DNA from: a virus
Direction: 5' to 3' (one strand)
Virus genome (UHGV): UHGV-0121884
DNA length: 40,758 nt
Shown: in pieces, positions 7,808-17,327 of the stretch
Position numbering within the stretch: position 1 is the first letter of the stretch
Layout of the letters: each line of letters begins with the position of its first letter
The notes under the pieces: generated by a model
Seen by the model: the letters and a program-made list of their open reading frames with translations, nothing else
Databases searched by the model: none
What the model was told of the DNA's origin: nothing
Translations under genes and position numbers: made by a program

Positions 7808-8467
7808 TTAACTAAATGTCTCTTCAGGCCACTGGCTGGCGATAACTTTCCCTACTACGGAACAGCTATCATTGCATGGGATCATTGGATATTGCGGGTT
7901 TAGTGGTTGTAGGAACACCTGACCGCTATCCCTGATCAGTTTCTTGAAGGTAAACTCGTCACCACCAAGTCTGGCTATGCAGAAATCACCTGGCTCAACA
8001 GTCTGCTCAGGGTCAACGAGAATTAACATCCCGTCAGGAAAGCTTGGCTTGGATCCTGTTGGTGCGGTCATGGAATTACCTTCAACTTCAAGCCAAAACG
8101 CACAATCACTGGCTTTTTTGGTTGTGCTGACCCATCTCTCCGCATCGCCTTTGGTAAAGGTTCTAAGCTCAGGCGAGAACATCCCGGCCTGAACATGAGA
8201 AAAAACAGGGTACTCATATTGTTTTTTTAACGGGGCAGATGAGTATTCGCCAACAGGTGAAAATGTACCGTCGTGGTTGAATGAGACGTTATCAATACCA
8301 AGGTATTTAAACACCACACCAATCTCGTCAAGAGATGGATGACGAGATCCGCGCAACCAGTGACCAATTCCACCCTGCGTCATACCAAGCTCTTCAGCTA
8401 ACTTCTCTTGAGTTATGCCGAGTTCTTTCATTCTGGATCTAGCCAGTTCATACCATTTCATTTTCAT
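7808..8467 (-). CDS. c2: CI/C2-type prophage repressor (HTH + S24 LexA-like autopeptidase)
   Basis: [25 protein letters not shown]; Ala-Gly cleavage site in [11 protein letters not shown]; S24 motifs GNSMTAP and FKKL; start taken at MKMKW (8467) rather than ORF-track upstream start. Confidence 0.8.
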   Translation of the reverse strand: MKMKWYELARSRMKELGITQEKLAEELGMTQGGIGHWLRGSRHPSLDEIGVVFKYLGIDNVSFNHDGTFSPVGEYSSAPLKKQYEYPVFSHVQAGMFSPELRTFTKGDAERWVSTTKKASDCAFWLEVEGNSMTAPTGSKPSFPDGMLILVDPEQTVEPGDFCIARLGGDEFTFKKLIRDSGQVFLQPLNPQYPMIPCNDSCSVVGKVIASQWPEETFS

Positions 8468-8578
8468 ATCCTTATTATTACGCTCTGTACTAAAACCATC
8501 CATGCACAAGATGTATTTTTTGTTTGCATTCCAAAAGTACATATCGTATTATTGTTTCATGGTTACTATGGAGGGCAT

Positions 8579-8794
8579 ATGAGCAACCTACGAAAATATC
8601 GAGAGTCACTGAATATCTCTCAAACAACACTTGCTAAGGCGGTTGGATGCACACAGGGAGCTATCGGACATTGGGAATCTGGTCGTCGCTTCCCAGACCT
8701 TAAAACATGCCGTGCTCTTGTTGCGTGCCTAAACAAGTTAGGCGCAAAAGTCAGTCTTGATGACGTGTTCCCACCGGAACACAAAGCCGCTTAA
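8579..8794 (+). CDS. cro: Cro-like HTH repressor
   Basis: 71 aa, divergent from c2 across a 111-bp operator/promoter region; HTH LNISQTTLAKAVGCTQGAIGHWESG; GGAGGG SD. Confidence 0.65.
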   Translation: MSNLRKYRESLNISQTTLAKAVGCTQGAIGHWESGRRFPDLKTCRALVACLNKLGAKVSLDDVFPPEHKAA

Positions 8795-8903
8795 TAAGCG
8801 GATCCGCTCTTTATCAATCTGCACCGCCGACAACGCGGTAACTAATTAATCACTCATCGAAAGATGAGTATTAGTGATTATTTACCTATGGAAATAGTAA
8901 GAA

Positions 8904-9203
8904 ATGGAACAAACAAGTTACAGCAAACTATCACAGCGCGACGTTGATCGCGCAGAAACAGATTTACTCATCAACCTGTCAACGCTTACCCAGCGCGGTC
9001 TGGCAAAGATGATTGGATGTCATGAATCGAAGATAAGCAGAACGGACTGGAGATTTATTGCTTCGGTCTTGTGTGCTTTCGGAATGGCATCAGACATCAG
9101 TCCGATTAGCAGGGCTTTTAAGTATGCGCTTGATGGACTCACCAATAAAAAACGCCCGGTGTGCAAGACCGAGCGTTCTGAACAAATCCAGATGGAATTC
9201 TGA
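8904..9203 (+). CDS. cII: CII-family transcriptional activator (P22 c1 homolog)
   Basis: 99 aa; C-terminus LTNKKRP....ERSEQIQMEF matches lambda CII C-terminus. Confidence 0.75.
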   Translation: MEQTSYSKLSQRDVDRAETDLLINLSTLTQRGLAKMIGCHESKISRTDWRFIASVLCAFGMASDISPISRAFKYALDGLTNKKRPVCKTERSEQIQMEF

Positions 9204-9235
9204 GGTAATTACTGGATCAATCCACAGGAGTCATT

Positions 9236-9400
9236 ATGACAAAACGTCGTAAGAAATACCAGGAAAAAGAAGAGATTCGACACCCTGATTCACCTGAGGG
9301 ATTAGTGGTAGCCGCAGCAAATAACAGGGCGTTCGCAGAGCGCCTTGTTGGTGTTTACAGACTAGCCAAAGCAGGAGTGAAACATGGGCGTCGTTAAGTT
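9236..9400 (+). CDS. small basic hypothetical protein (54 aa)
   Basis: ATG 9236 with AGGAG 5 nt upstream; below ORF-track cutoff; between cII and replication genes. Confidence 0.3.
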
Positions 9401-9446
9401 AGCTGATTACAGGCATAACCCTGTACAACATCAGGAGGCATCCAGT

Positions 9447-10274
9447 ATGGGGTATGTCTCTATACACCGCCAGTTTATGGACAGCAGGCTCTATAAGGAC
9501 TCTCAGGCAGTACATCTTTGGCTTCACTTAATCCTCAAGGCTAATCACGAATCTACTGTCGTCAATACGGATATCGGTCCGATAACTGTTGATCGCGGTC
9601 AGATGATAACTGGACGCCCGTCGCTGGTCAGAGAAACATTCATCCCCGACAACAAAGTTCGGAGCTTATTACGGACTTTTGAGTCGAAAGGTATGCTTAA
9701 TATTTGCTCGATGGGGAAGAAATTTAGCCTGTTTACAATCGTTAAATATGACGATTTTCAGGCAAAAAATTGTCCAACGGTTGTCCAACGGTTGTCCAAC
9801 GCAAACACCAGTAATGGCGCGGCTCTCAGCGGAGATTGTCCAACGGTTGTCCAACGGTTGTCCATAAACAATAATATAAATAATATCTCTAATACTGACG
9901 TATTAGAGAGTGCCACAGCAGACAAAAAGTCTGACAAGAAAAAACCTTCCGTTAGCTGTCAGGATGTTGTCGATGCTTACCACGAAATCCTTCCTGAAGC
10001 GCCAAGAATCCGCGCACTGAATGACAAGCGTAAAAACCAGATCCGAACGTTCTGGCGCAAAGCCGGAGTGATAACCCGCCAGCTTGACGGGCATGGGTTC
10101 ACGATGCAGGACTGGAGAAATTATTTGAGCTACGTTGGCGAAAATTGCCGATGGATGTTCGAAGAGCGCACAAACCATCAACGCGGAACCGTCTGGCACA
10201 AAAAGGGATTTGATTTCCTGCTTAACGATAATACCTACCTGAAAGTTCGTGAGGGTGAACACGATGACCGATAA
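9447..10274 (+). CDS. replication initiator (lambda O / P22 gene 18 type) containing ori
   Basis: Origin iterons and AT-rich tract lie inside the coding sequence as in lambdoid O genes; start set at ATG 9447 (AGGAGG 8 nt upstream); ORF-track start 9384 is an alternative. Confidence 0.65.
   Translation: MGYVSIHRQFMDSRLYKDSQAVHLWLHLILKANHESTVVNTDIGPITVDRGQMITGRPSLVRETFIPDNKVRSLLRTFESKGMLNICSMGKKFSLFTIVKYDDFQAKNCPTVVQRLSNANTSNGAALSGDCPTVVQRLSINNNINNISNTDVLESATADKKSDKKKPSVSCQDVVDAYHEILPEAPRIRALNDKRKNQIRTFWRKAGVITRQLDGHGFTMQDWRNYLSYVGENCRWMFEERTNHQRGTVWHKKGFDFLLNDNTYLKVREGEHDDR
9770..9867. repeat. replication origin iterons: 5-6 direct copies of TTGTCCAACGG in two clusters, followed by an AT-rich tract (9868-9900)
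   Basis: Copies at 9770, 9781, 9792, 9836, 9847 and partial at 9858; then acaataatataaataatatctctaatactgacg. Confidence 0.65.
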
Positions 10275-11700
10275 TTTTTATGCGCCGCCCCATAGCATCG
10301 AGGCAGAGCAGGCGGTGATTGGTGGATTGCTTCTGGATGATGACAGCAGTGAGCGCGTCCAGAAAGTTCTGGCGATGCTGAAGCCTGACTCATTTTACAG
10401 CCGGCCACACAAAATCCTTTTCGAAGAAATAACCAGAATGCACCGGGAGCAAAAGCCAGTAGATGGCCTGACGCTTTTCGATGAACTGGAGCGTAAATCG
10501 TTAACGGCGTCTGTTGGCGGTTTTGCTTATATCGCTGAGATCGCAAAGAACACGCCAAGCGCCGCAAACATCGTTGCCTATGCAATGCAGGTTCGTGAAA
10601 CCGCAATGGAACGCTACGCCATCAACCGCATGACTGAAGCGACGGAATTGCTCTATTCCCGCAACGGAATGACTGCAACGCAGAAGTACGAAGCTATTCA
10701 GGCGATTTTCACGCAACTGACAGACCATGCAAAAACCGGATCGCGTCGCGGCCTTCGCTCATTTGGTGAGGTCATGGAAGACTGGGTTAGCGACCTTGAG
10801 AAGCGATTTGACCCGTCAGGCGAACAACGAGGAATGAGCACAGGGATCCCATCGCTGGACAGGATGCTGTCACCGAAAGGTCTGGTGAAAGGCTCTCTGT
10901 TTGTCATTGGCGCTCGCCCTAAGATGGGGAAAACGACGCTATACAGCCAGATGGCAATCAATTGCGCAGTGCATGAGAAAAAGCCCGCATTGATGTTCAG
11001 CCTTGAAATGCCAGGTGATCAGATACTGGAAAAACTGGTAGGGCAGAAGTCTGGTGTTAACCCGAATATTTTTTACCTTCCGGCGACAAATGACGCCGAT
11101 GACGGCTATCAGGGTGATTACGATGGTGACTTCAACAGGGCGATCGAAACAGCCAATCGCTTGAGTGAAATCGACATGCTTTACATCGACGACACGCCGG
11201 GATTATCTCTGGCTCAAATCGTCAGCGAAAGCCGTCGAATCAAGCGAGAAAAAGGATGTGTTGGCATGATTCTGGTCGATTACCTGACACTAATGACCGC
11301 TGAAAAGGCCGATCGCAACGACCTTGCTTACGGCATGATCACCAAAGGACTGAAGAACCTTGCCAAAGAGCTTGATTGCGTTGTTGTGCTTCTGACACAG
11401 CTTAACCGCGCACTGGAAAGCCGAACCAATAAACGCCCATTACCAAGTGACTCACGAGATACAGGGCAGATTGAACAGGATTGCGATTATTGGGTGGGGA
11501 TCCATCGTGAAGGTGCTTTTGATGACAGTGTTCCACCTGGTGAAACCGAACTAATCCTTCGTCTCAATCGTCATGGCAATACCGGCACGGTGTATTGCAT
11601 TCAGGCAAATGGCGCTATTTATGACACAGACCAACAGTCTGCTGAAATGCGCCGCCGTGAACGCGAGGAACCGCAGTCCAAGAAGAAAGGAGGATTCTGA
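10264..11700 (+). CDS. DnaB-family replicative helicase (P22 gene 12 type)
   Basis: Walker A GARPKMGKT, DnaB N-terminal SIEAEQAVIGGLLLDDD; start at ATG 10264 overlapping O-like stop. Confidence 0.85.
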   Translation: MTDNFYAPPHSIEAEQAVIGGLLLDDDSSERVQKVLAMLKPDSFYSRPHKILFEEITRMHREQKPVDGLTLFDELERKSLTASVGGFAYIAEIAKNTPSAANIVAYAMQVRETAMERYAINRMTEATELLYSRNGMTATQKYEAIQAIFTQLTDHAKTGSRRGLRSFGEVMEDWVSDLEKRFDPSGEQRGMSTGIPSLDRMLSPKGLVKGSLFVIGARPKMGKTTLYSQMAINCAVHEKKPALMFSLEMPGDQILEKLVGQKSGVNPNIFYLPATNDADDGYQGDYDGDFNRAIETANRLSEIDMLYIDDTPGLSLAQIVSESRRIKREKGCVGMILVDYLTLMTAEKADRNDLAYGMITKGLKNLAKELDCVVVLLTQLNRALESRTNKRPLPSDSRDTGQIEQDCDYWVGIHREGAFDDSVPPGETELILRLNRHGNTGTVYCIQANGAIYDTDQQSAEMRRREREEPQSKKKGGF

Positions 11701-11728
11701 TGACCATCTACATCACTGAGCTAATAAC

Positions 11729-11760
11729 AGGCCTGCTGGTAATCGCAGGCCTTTTTATTT
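11729..11760 (+). terminator. rho-independent terminator (tR2-like) after helicase
   Basis: Stem AGGCCTGC / GCAGGCCT, 8-nt loop, then TTTTTATTT. Confidence 0.5.
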
Positions 11761-11776
11761 GGGGGAGAGGGAAGTC

Positions 11777-12217
11777 ATGAAAAAACTAATCTTTGAAATT
11801 CGATCTCCAGCACATCAGCAAAACGCTATTCACGCGGTACAGCAAATTCTTCCAGACCCAACCAAACCAATCGTAGTAACCATTCAGGAACGCAACCGCA
11901 GCTTAGACCAGAATCGAAAGCTTTGGGCTTGCCTTGGTGACGTCTCTCGTCAGGTTGAATGGCATGGTCGCTGGCTGGATGCAGAAAGCTGGAAGTGTGT
12001 GTTTACCGCAGCATTAAAGCAGCAGGACGTTGTTCCTAACCTTGCCGGGAATGGCTTTGTGGTAATAGGCCAGTCAACCAGCAGGATGCGTGTAAACGAA
12101 TTTGCGGAGCTATTAGAGCTTATACAGGCATTCGGTACAGAGCGTGGCGTTAAGTGGTCAGACGAAGCGCGACTGGCTCTCGAATGGAAAACGCGATGGG
12201 GAGATCGGGCAGCATGA
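11777..12217 (+). CDS. ninB: NinB (Orf-family recombination mediator)
   Basis: 146 aa, same length as lambda NinB; sequence MKKLIFEIRSPAHQQNAIHAVQQILPDP... matches lambda NinB. Confidence 0.85.
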   Translation: MKKLIFEIRSPAHQQNAIHAVQQILPDPTKPIVVTIQERNRSLDQNRKLWACLGDVSRQVEWHGRWLDAESWKCVFTAALKQQDVVPNLAGNGFVVIGQSTSRMRVNEFAELLELIQAFGTERGVKWSDEARLALEWKTRWGDRAA

Positions 12218-12741
12218 CTATCAAATCAAATACGCCAGCACACGACAAGGACTGCTGGCAAACGCCGCTTTGGCTTTTTGATGCACTGGATATTGAGTTT
12301 GGATTCTGGCTGGATTCGGCAGCGAGCGACAAAAATGCTCTGTGTGCTCACTGGCTAACTGAGGCCGACGACGCGCTCAATTCTGAGTGGGAAAGCCACG
12401 GTGCAATCTGGAATAACCCACCGTACAGCAATATCAGGCCGTGGGTGGAAAAAGCCGCTGAGCAGTGCATACAACAGCGACAGACGATAGTGATGCTTGT
12501 GCCAGAGGATATGTCTGTCGGATGGTTCAGCAAGGCTCTGGAGAGTGTTGACGAAGTTCGCATCATTACTGATGGACGGATTAATTTTATCGAACCATCG
12601 ACAGGGTTGGAGAAGAAGGGAAACAGCAAAGGTTCCATGCTGCTGATTTGGCGACCGTTCATCAGTCCTCGACGGATGTTTACTACCGTATCCAAAGCGA
12701 CATTGATGACGATCGGGCGGGGCGTCAGGAGAGCGGCATGA
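12214..12741 (+). CDS. DNA N6-adenine methyltransferase (phage Dam-type)
   Basis: Catalytic NPPY motif in [12 protein letters not shown]; start ATG overlaps ninB stop (ATGA). Confidence 0.75.
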   Translation: MTIKSNTPAHDKDCWQTPLWLFDALDIEFGFWLDSAASDKNALCAHWLTEADDALNSEWESHGAIWNNPPYSNIRPWVEKAAEQCIQQRQTIVMLVPEDMSVGWFSKALESVDEVRIITDGRINFIEPSTGLEKKGNSKGSMLLIWRPFISPRRMFTTVSKATLMTIGRGVRRAA

Positions 12742-12914
12742 TGCGACAGCGACGAAGTATCACCGACATCATCTGCGAAAACTGCAAATACCTTCCAACG
12801 AAACGCTCCAGAAATAAACGCAAGCCAATCCCAAAAGAATCTGACGTAAAAACCTTCAATTACACGGCTCACCTGTGGGATATCCGGTGGCTAAGACATC
12901 GTGCGAGGAAATGA
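12738..12914 (+). CDS. ninE: NinE
   Basis: [58 protein letters not shown] matches lambda NinE; start overlaps methylase stop. Confidence 0.65.
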   Translation: MMRQRRSITDIICENCKYLPTKRSRNKRKPIPKESDVKTFNYTAHLWDIRWLRHRARK

Positions 12915-13276
12915 CAATGGATTATTCACAGTTAAGTGATTTTGAAATTAACAAGCGAGTGGCAATTTGCTGTGGATTTGCTCCCGAAGATTGCGAAATC
13001 GCAAAGTTGGGAACATCAATCGTTGGTGTTGAGTGGGATGACGAAACTGGTTATGCAATAAAAACGGTTGATTACTGTAAAAGCCCATCAGACGCAGAGC
13101 CGATTATCGTAGAGAACAGAATTGGAATTATTCCAGCACCAGAAAATGGATTATGGAAGGCAGCGCATAGAAAAGTTGGCGGTGATAGTACCCCATATCA
13201 TATGACTCAAGATGAAAACCCACTCCGCGCTGCCATGATTGTCTTTCTCATGATGCAGGACGCCAATAATGCTTAG
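12911..13276 (+). CDS. NinX-like protein
   Basis: 121 aa from ATG 12911 (overlaps ninE stop); assignment by position and size in nin region. Confidence 0.45.
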   Translation: MTMDYSQLSDFEINKRVAICCGFAPEDCEIAKLGTSIVGVEWDDETGYAIKTVDYCKSPSDAEPIIVENRIGIIPAPENGLWKAAHRKVGGDSTPYHMTQDENPLRAAMIVFLMMQDANNA

Positions 13277-13445
13277 CCCATCCCAATCCATTCAATACCA
13301 GAAAGAAAGCGTCGAGCGAGCTTTAACGTGCGCTAACTGCGGTCAGAAGCTGCATGTGCTGGAAGTTCACGTGTGTGAGCACTGCTGCGCAGAACTGATG
13401 AGCGATCCGAATAGCTCAATGTACGAGGAAGAAGACGATGAGTGA
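13269..13445 (+). CDS. ninF: NinF
   Basis: 58 aa, [40 protein letters not shown]... matches lambda NinF; below ORF-track cutoff. Confidence 0.6.
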   Translation: MLSPSQSIQYQKESVERALTCANCGQKLHVLEVHVCEHCCAELMSDPNSSMYEEEDDE

Positions 13446-13650
13446 TTACCTGAAATGGTATCTCTGCCACCGCTGGTTAATTAAGTTTGCTGTAAAAGAC
13501 TGGATGACAGCGGATGCCAACAAGCTTAAGCAAAGAAAAGACTATTACTACGCCAGAATGAAGGAAAACTACTGCTCAATTCGCACTCGCATATTTATTA
13601 AAAAAGACCTTCAGTCAATTCTTCAATTGCGAGGGAAGGTAAATGGCTAA
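13438..13650 (+). CDS. hypothetical nin-region protein (70 aa)
   Basis: ORF with SD-like GAGGAAGAAGA upstream; overlaps neighbours by a few nt. Confidence 0.4.
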   Translation: MSDYLKWYLCHRWLIKFAVKDWMTADANKLKQRKDYYYARMKENYCSIRTRIFIKKDLQSILQLRGKVNG

Positions 13651-13933
13651 CCTACGCAAAGAAGCGCGCGGCAGAGAATGCCAGGTACGTATTTACGGCG
13701 TATGCAATGGCAATCCTGAAACTACAGTTCTGGCACATTACCGGATGGCTGGAATTTGCGGAACGGGAATGAAGCCTGACGACCTGATCGGCGCATGGGC
13801 TTGTAGCGCGTGTCACGATGAAATCGACCGACGCACCCATAATCTCGACAACAAAGACGCCAGACTTTACCACCTCGAAGGCGTGATCAGGACGCAGGCG
13901 ATACTGCTGAAGGAGGGGAAGATTAAGTCATGA
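13643..13933 (+). CDS. YbcO-like (DUF1364) putative nuclease
   Basis: 96 aa; RGRECQVRIYGVCNGNPETTVLAH..CSACHDEIDRRTH resembles E. coli DLP12 YbcO. Confidence 0.6.
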   Translation: MANLRKEARGRECQVRIYGVCNGNPETTVLAHYRMAGICGTGMKPDDLIGAWACSACHDEIDRRTHNLDNKDARLYHLEGVIRTQAILLKEGKIKS

Positions 13934-14292
13934 ACGAATATCAGTTTGTGCTCCCATACCCGCCGTCGGTGAATACCTACTGGCGAAGACGGGGAAGCCA
14001 ATATTACATAAGCGACAAAGGCCAGAAATACCGAAAAGACGTTCAGCAAATCATCCGCCAACTCAAGTTAGACATTTTCACCAAATCACGACTCCGTATC
14101 AAAGTCATCGCAGACGTTCCGGACTCCCGCCGTCGCGACCTCGACAACATCCTGAAAGGTTTACTCGACTCCCTTATCCACGCCGGATTTGCGGAAGACG
14201 ACGAGCAATTCGATGACATTCGCGTAATTCGTGGCGTGAAAGTACCAGGCGGAAGGCTTGGAATAAAAATCACCGAACTGGAGAACGCATGA
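13930..14292 (+). CDS. rusA: RusA Holliday junction resolvase
   Basis: 120 aa; RRRDLDNILKGLLDSL and GGRLGIKITEL conserved RusA blocks. Confidence 0.85.
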   Translation: MNEYQFVLPYPPSVNTYWRRRGSQYYISDKGQKYRKDVQQIIRQLKLDIFTKSRLRIKVIADVPDSRRRDLDNILKGLLDSLIHAGFAEDDEQFDDIRVIRGVKVPGGRLGIKITELENA

Positions 14293-14477
14293 ACGCCACA
14301 ATTCAAACGATACCAGAGCTTCTTATCCAGACACGAGGCAATCAGACCGAAGTGGCAAGGATGCTTTCCTGCGCAAGAGGAACAGTGCTCAAGTACAACC
14401 GAGACAGCAAAGGCGAGCGTCACGTAATAGTTAACGGCGTCCTGATGGTCAAACAGGGCAAAAGGGGAAGGCCATGA
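14289..14477 (+). CDS. ninH: NinH
   Basis: 62 aa; GNQTEVARMLSCARGTVLKY matches lambda NinH. Confidence 0.65.
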   Translation: MNATIQTIPELLIQTRGNQTEVARMLSCARGTVLKYNRDSKGERHVIVNGVLMVKQGKRGRP

Positions 14478-15097
14478 GACTCGAAAGCGTAGCTAAATTT
14501 CATTCGCCAAAAAGCCCAATGATGAGTGACTCACCACGGGCTACGGCTTCTGACTCTCTTTCCGGTACTGATGTGATGGCTGCTATGGGGATGGCGCAAT
14601 CACAAGCCGGATTCGGTATGGCTGCATTCTGCGGCAAGCACGAACTCAGCCAGAATGACAAACAAAAGGCTATCAACTATCTGATGCAATTTGCACACAA
14701 GGTATCGGGGAAATATCGTGGTGTGGCAAAGCTCGAAGGAAATACTAAGGCAAAGGTACTGCAAGTGCTCGCAACATTCGCTTATGCGGATTATTGCCGT
14801 AGTGCCGCGACGCCGGGCGCAAGATGCAGAGATTGCCACGGTACAGGCCGTGCGGTTGATATTGCCAAAACAGAGCAGTGGGGGAGAGTTGTTGAGAAAG
14901 AGTGTGGAAGATGCAAAGGCGTCGGCTATTCAAGGATGCCAGCAAGCGCCGCATATCGCGCTGTAACGATGCTAATCCCCAACCTTACCCAACCCACATG
15001 GTCACGCACTGTTAAGCCGCTGTATGACGCTCTGGTGGTGCAATGCCACAAAGAAGAGTCAATCGCAGACAACATTTTGAATGCGGTCACACGTTAG
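14474..15097 (+). CDS. Q: late antiterminator Q (lambda type)
   Basis: 207 aa, essentially identical to lambda Q as recalled (MRLESVAKFHSPKSPMMSDSPRAT...); zinc-binding CRDCHGTG...CGRCKG. Confidence 0.9.
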   Translation: MRLESVAKFHSPKSPMMSDSPRATASDSLSGTDVMAAMGMAQSQAGFGMAAFCGKHELSQNDKQKAINYLMQFAHKVSGKYRGVAKLEGNTKAKVLQVLATFAYADYCRSAATPGARCRDCHGTGRAVDIAKTEQWGRVVEKECGRCKGVGYSRMPASAAYRAVTMLIPNLTQPTWSRTVKPLYDALVVQCHKEESIADNILNAVTR

Positions 15098-15140
15098 CAG
15101 CATGATTGCCACGGATGGCAACATATTAACGGCATGATAT

Positions 15141-15168
15141 TGACTTTTTGAATAAAGTTGGGTAAATT
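15141..15168 (+). promoter_or_regulatory. late promoter PR' (with overlapping qut site)
   Basis: TTGACT - 16 bp - TAAATT, sequence near-identical to lambda PR' (ttgaataaa.ttgggtaaattt). Confidence 0.55.
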
Positions 15169-15174
15169 TGCCCC

Positions 15175-15368
15175 AACGATGGGTTAATTCGCTCGTTGTG
15201 GTAGTGAGATGAAAAGAGGCGGCGCTTACTACCGATTCCGCCTAGTTGGTCACTTCGACGTATCGTCTGGAACTCCAACCATCGCAGGCTGAGAGGTCTG
15301 TAAAATGCAATCCCGAAACAGTTCGCAGGTAATAGTTAGAGCCTGCATAACGGTTTCGGGATTTTTTA
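15175..15368 (+). ncRNA. 6S-type short late leader RNA ending at tR'
   Basis: About 192 nt from predicted PR' start to hairpin CCCGAAAC..GTTTCGGG + T-run (15312-15368), matching the lambda 194-nt 6S RNA/tR' arrangement. Confidence 0.5.
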
Positions 15369-15610
15369 TATCTGTGTAACAGGTAAGAGCATTCTCCCTT
15401 ATGGAGCTTGTCTTAAATGCACCGAGTGCTCTTTCCGTTGTGCTGAATTAAGCGAATGCCGGAAGCAGAACCGGATCACCAAATGCGTACAGGCGTCATC
15501 GCCGCCCAGCAACAGCACAACCCAAACTGAGCCGTAGCCACTGGCTATCCTGAATTCATCAGTGATAGTTATGCTGCGGCCTTCTACACATGACCTTCGT
15601 GAAAGCGGGT

Positions 15611-15650
15611 GGCAGGAGGTCGCGCTAACAACCTCCTGCCGTTTTGCCCG
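15611..15650 (+). terminator. strong hairpin + T-run upstream of holin gene
   Basis: GGCAGGAGGT-cgcgctaaca-ACCTCCTGCC followed by GTTTTG. Confidence 0.35.
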
Positions 15651-15765
15651 TGCATATCGGTCACGAACAAATCTGATTACTAAACACAGTAGCCTGGATT
15701 TGTTCTATCAGTAATCGACCTTATTCCTAATTAAATAGAGCAAATCCCCTTATTGGGGGTAAGAC

Positions 15766-16089
15766 ATGAAGATGCCAGAAAAACATGACCTGTTAGCCGC
15801 CATTCTCGCGGCAAAGGAACAAGGCATCGGGGCAATCCTTGCGTTTGCAATGGCGTACCTTCGCGGCAGATATAATGGCGGTGCGTTTACAAAAACAGTA
15901 ATCGACGCAACGATGTGCGCCATTATCGCCTGGTTCATTCGTGACCTTCTCGACTTCGCCGGACTAAGTAGCAATCTCGCTTATATAACGAGCGTGTTCA
16001 TCGGCTACATCGGTACTGACTCGATTGGTTCGCTTATCAAACGCTTCGCTGCTAAAAAAGCCGGAGTAGAAGATGGTGGAAATCAATAA
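15766..16089 (+). CDS. S: holin S (class I, dual-start)
   Basis: 107 aa [20 protein letters not shown]... matches lambda S; Met1-Lys2-Met3 dual start (holin/antiholin). Confidence 0.9.
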   Translation: MKMPEKHDLLAAILAAKEQGIGAILAFAMAYLRGRYNGGAFTKTVIDATMCAIIAWFIRDLLDFAGLSSNLAYITSVFIGYIGTDSIGSLIKRFAAKKAGVEDGGNQ

Positions 16090-16549
16090 TCAACGTAAGG
16101 CGTTCCTCGATATGCTGGCGTGGTCAGAGGGAACTGATAATGGACGTCAGAAAACCAGAAATCATGGTTATGACGTCATTGTTGGCGGAGAGCTATTCAC
16201 TGATTACTCTGATCACCCTCGCAAACTTGTCACGCTAAACCCCAAACTCAAATCAACAGCAGCCGGACGTTACCAGCTTCTTTCCCGTTGGTGGGATGCC
16301 TATCGTAAGCAGCTTGGCCTGAAAGACTTCTCTCCGAAAAGCCAGGACGCTGTGGCATTGCAACAGATTAAAGAGCGTGGCGCTTTACCGATGATTGATC
16401 GCGGTGATATCCGTCAGGCTATCGACCGTTGCAGCAATATATGGGCTTCACTGCCGGGCGCTGGTTATGGTCAGTTCGAGCATAAGGCTGACAGCCTGAT
16501 TACAAAATTCAAAGAAGCTGGCGGAACAGTCAGAGAGATTGAGGTATGA
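16073..16549 (+). CDS. R: endolysin R (lytic transglycosylase)
   Basis: 158 aa [24 protein letters not shown]... matches lambda R. Confidence 0.9.
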   Translation: MVEINNQRKAFLDMLAWSEGTDNGRQKTRNHGYDVIVGGELFTDYSDHPRKLVTLNPKLKSTAAGRYQLLSRWWDAYRKQLGLKDFSPKSQDAVALQQIKERGALPMIDRGDIRQAIDRCSNIWASLPGAGYGQFEHKADSLITKFKEAGGTVREIEV

Positions 16550-16983
16550 GCAGAGTAACCGCGATTATCTCCGCTCTGGTTATCTGCATCATCGTTTGCC
16601 TGTCATGGGCTGTTAATCACTACCGTGATAACGCCATCGCCTACAAAGAGCAGCGCGATAAGGCCGCATCCACAATTGCTGACATGCAGAAGCGTCAACG
16701 TGATGTAGCAGAACTCGACGCCAGATACACAAAGGAGCTTGCTGATGCTAACGCGACTATCGAAAGTCTCCGTGCTGATGTTTCTGCTGGTCGTAAGCGC
16801 CTGCAAGTCGCCGCCACCTGTGCAAAGTCAACGACCGGAGCCAGCAGCATGGGCAATGGAGAAAGCCCAAGACTTACAGCAGATGCTGAACTCAATTATT
16901 ACCGTCTCCGAAGTGGAATCGACAAGATAACCGCGCAGGTTAACTACCTGCAGGAATACATCAGGACGCAATGCCTTCGATGA
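16546..16983 (+). CDS. Rz: spanin inner-membrane subunit Rz
   Basis: 145 aa; N-terminal [25 protein letters not shown], coiled-coil periplasmic domain. Confidence 0.8.
   Translation: MSRVTAIISALVICIIVCLSWAVNHYRDNAIAYKEQRDKAASTIADMQKRQRDVAELDARYTKELADANATIESLRADVSAGRKRLQVAATCAKSTTGASSMGNGESPRLTADAELNYYRLRSGIDKITAQVNYLQEYIRTQCLR
16739..16930 (+). CDS. Rz1: spanin outer-membrane lipoprotein Rz1 (embedded in Rz, +1 frame)
   Basis: Signal peptide with lipobox VSAC then proline-rich [13 protein letters not shown]. Confidence 0.6.
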   Translation: MLMLTRLSKVSVLMFLLVVSACKSPPPVQSQRPEPAAWAMEKAQDLQQMLNSIITVSEVESTR

Positions 16984-17327
16984 TAGCGATAATTTTACTC
17001 ATCATCCTTCACATCTGGCTCTGTAGACAGGGTGGTGATCACTTCTGGAGTAAATCCAGATTAAACATCTCATTGCTGATGCTTGATATTGAGCATCTGG
17101 CGCGCGGTAAGGGGCTGCGTTGAGATAAGAGCCAGTCATTACAAATACCAGGATTTAGCCTCGCATTTGCGGGGCTTTTTTACATCTGCAGTAAACCGCG
17201 CATCGCAGCGCGTAACAATCCCGAGTCTTTCAGAAAGCTGAGCCTGAGAACTGCCGTATATGGTGGCGACCATCTCGGGGCGGCTTTTCTGTGCGAACAG
17301 GCTCATCTTTCTAAAAGGTAAGACGCT

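Noticed and set aside
8468-8542. N-terminal extension of the c2 repressor ORF (to 8542)
   Set aside because: It would consume the divergent c2-cro operator/promoter region; the HTH domain begins right after the internal MKMKW start at 8467.
9679-9867. ORFs on both strands across the iteron region (9669-9854 minus, 9679-9867 plus)
   Set aside because: They are produced by the repetitive iteron sequence within the initiator gene; the initiator frame is the only one continuous with flanking conserved coding sequence.
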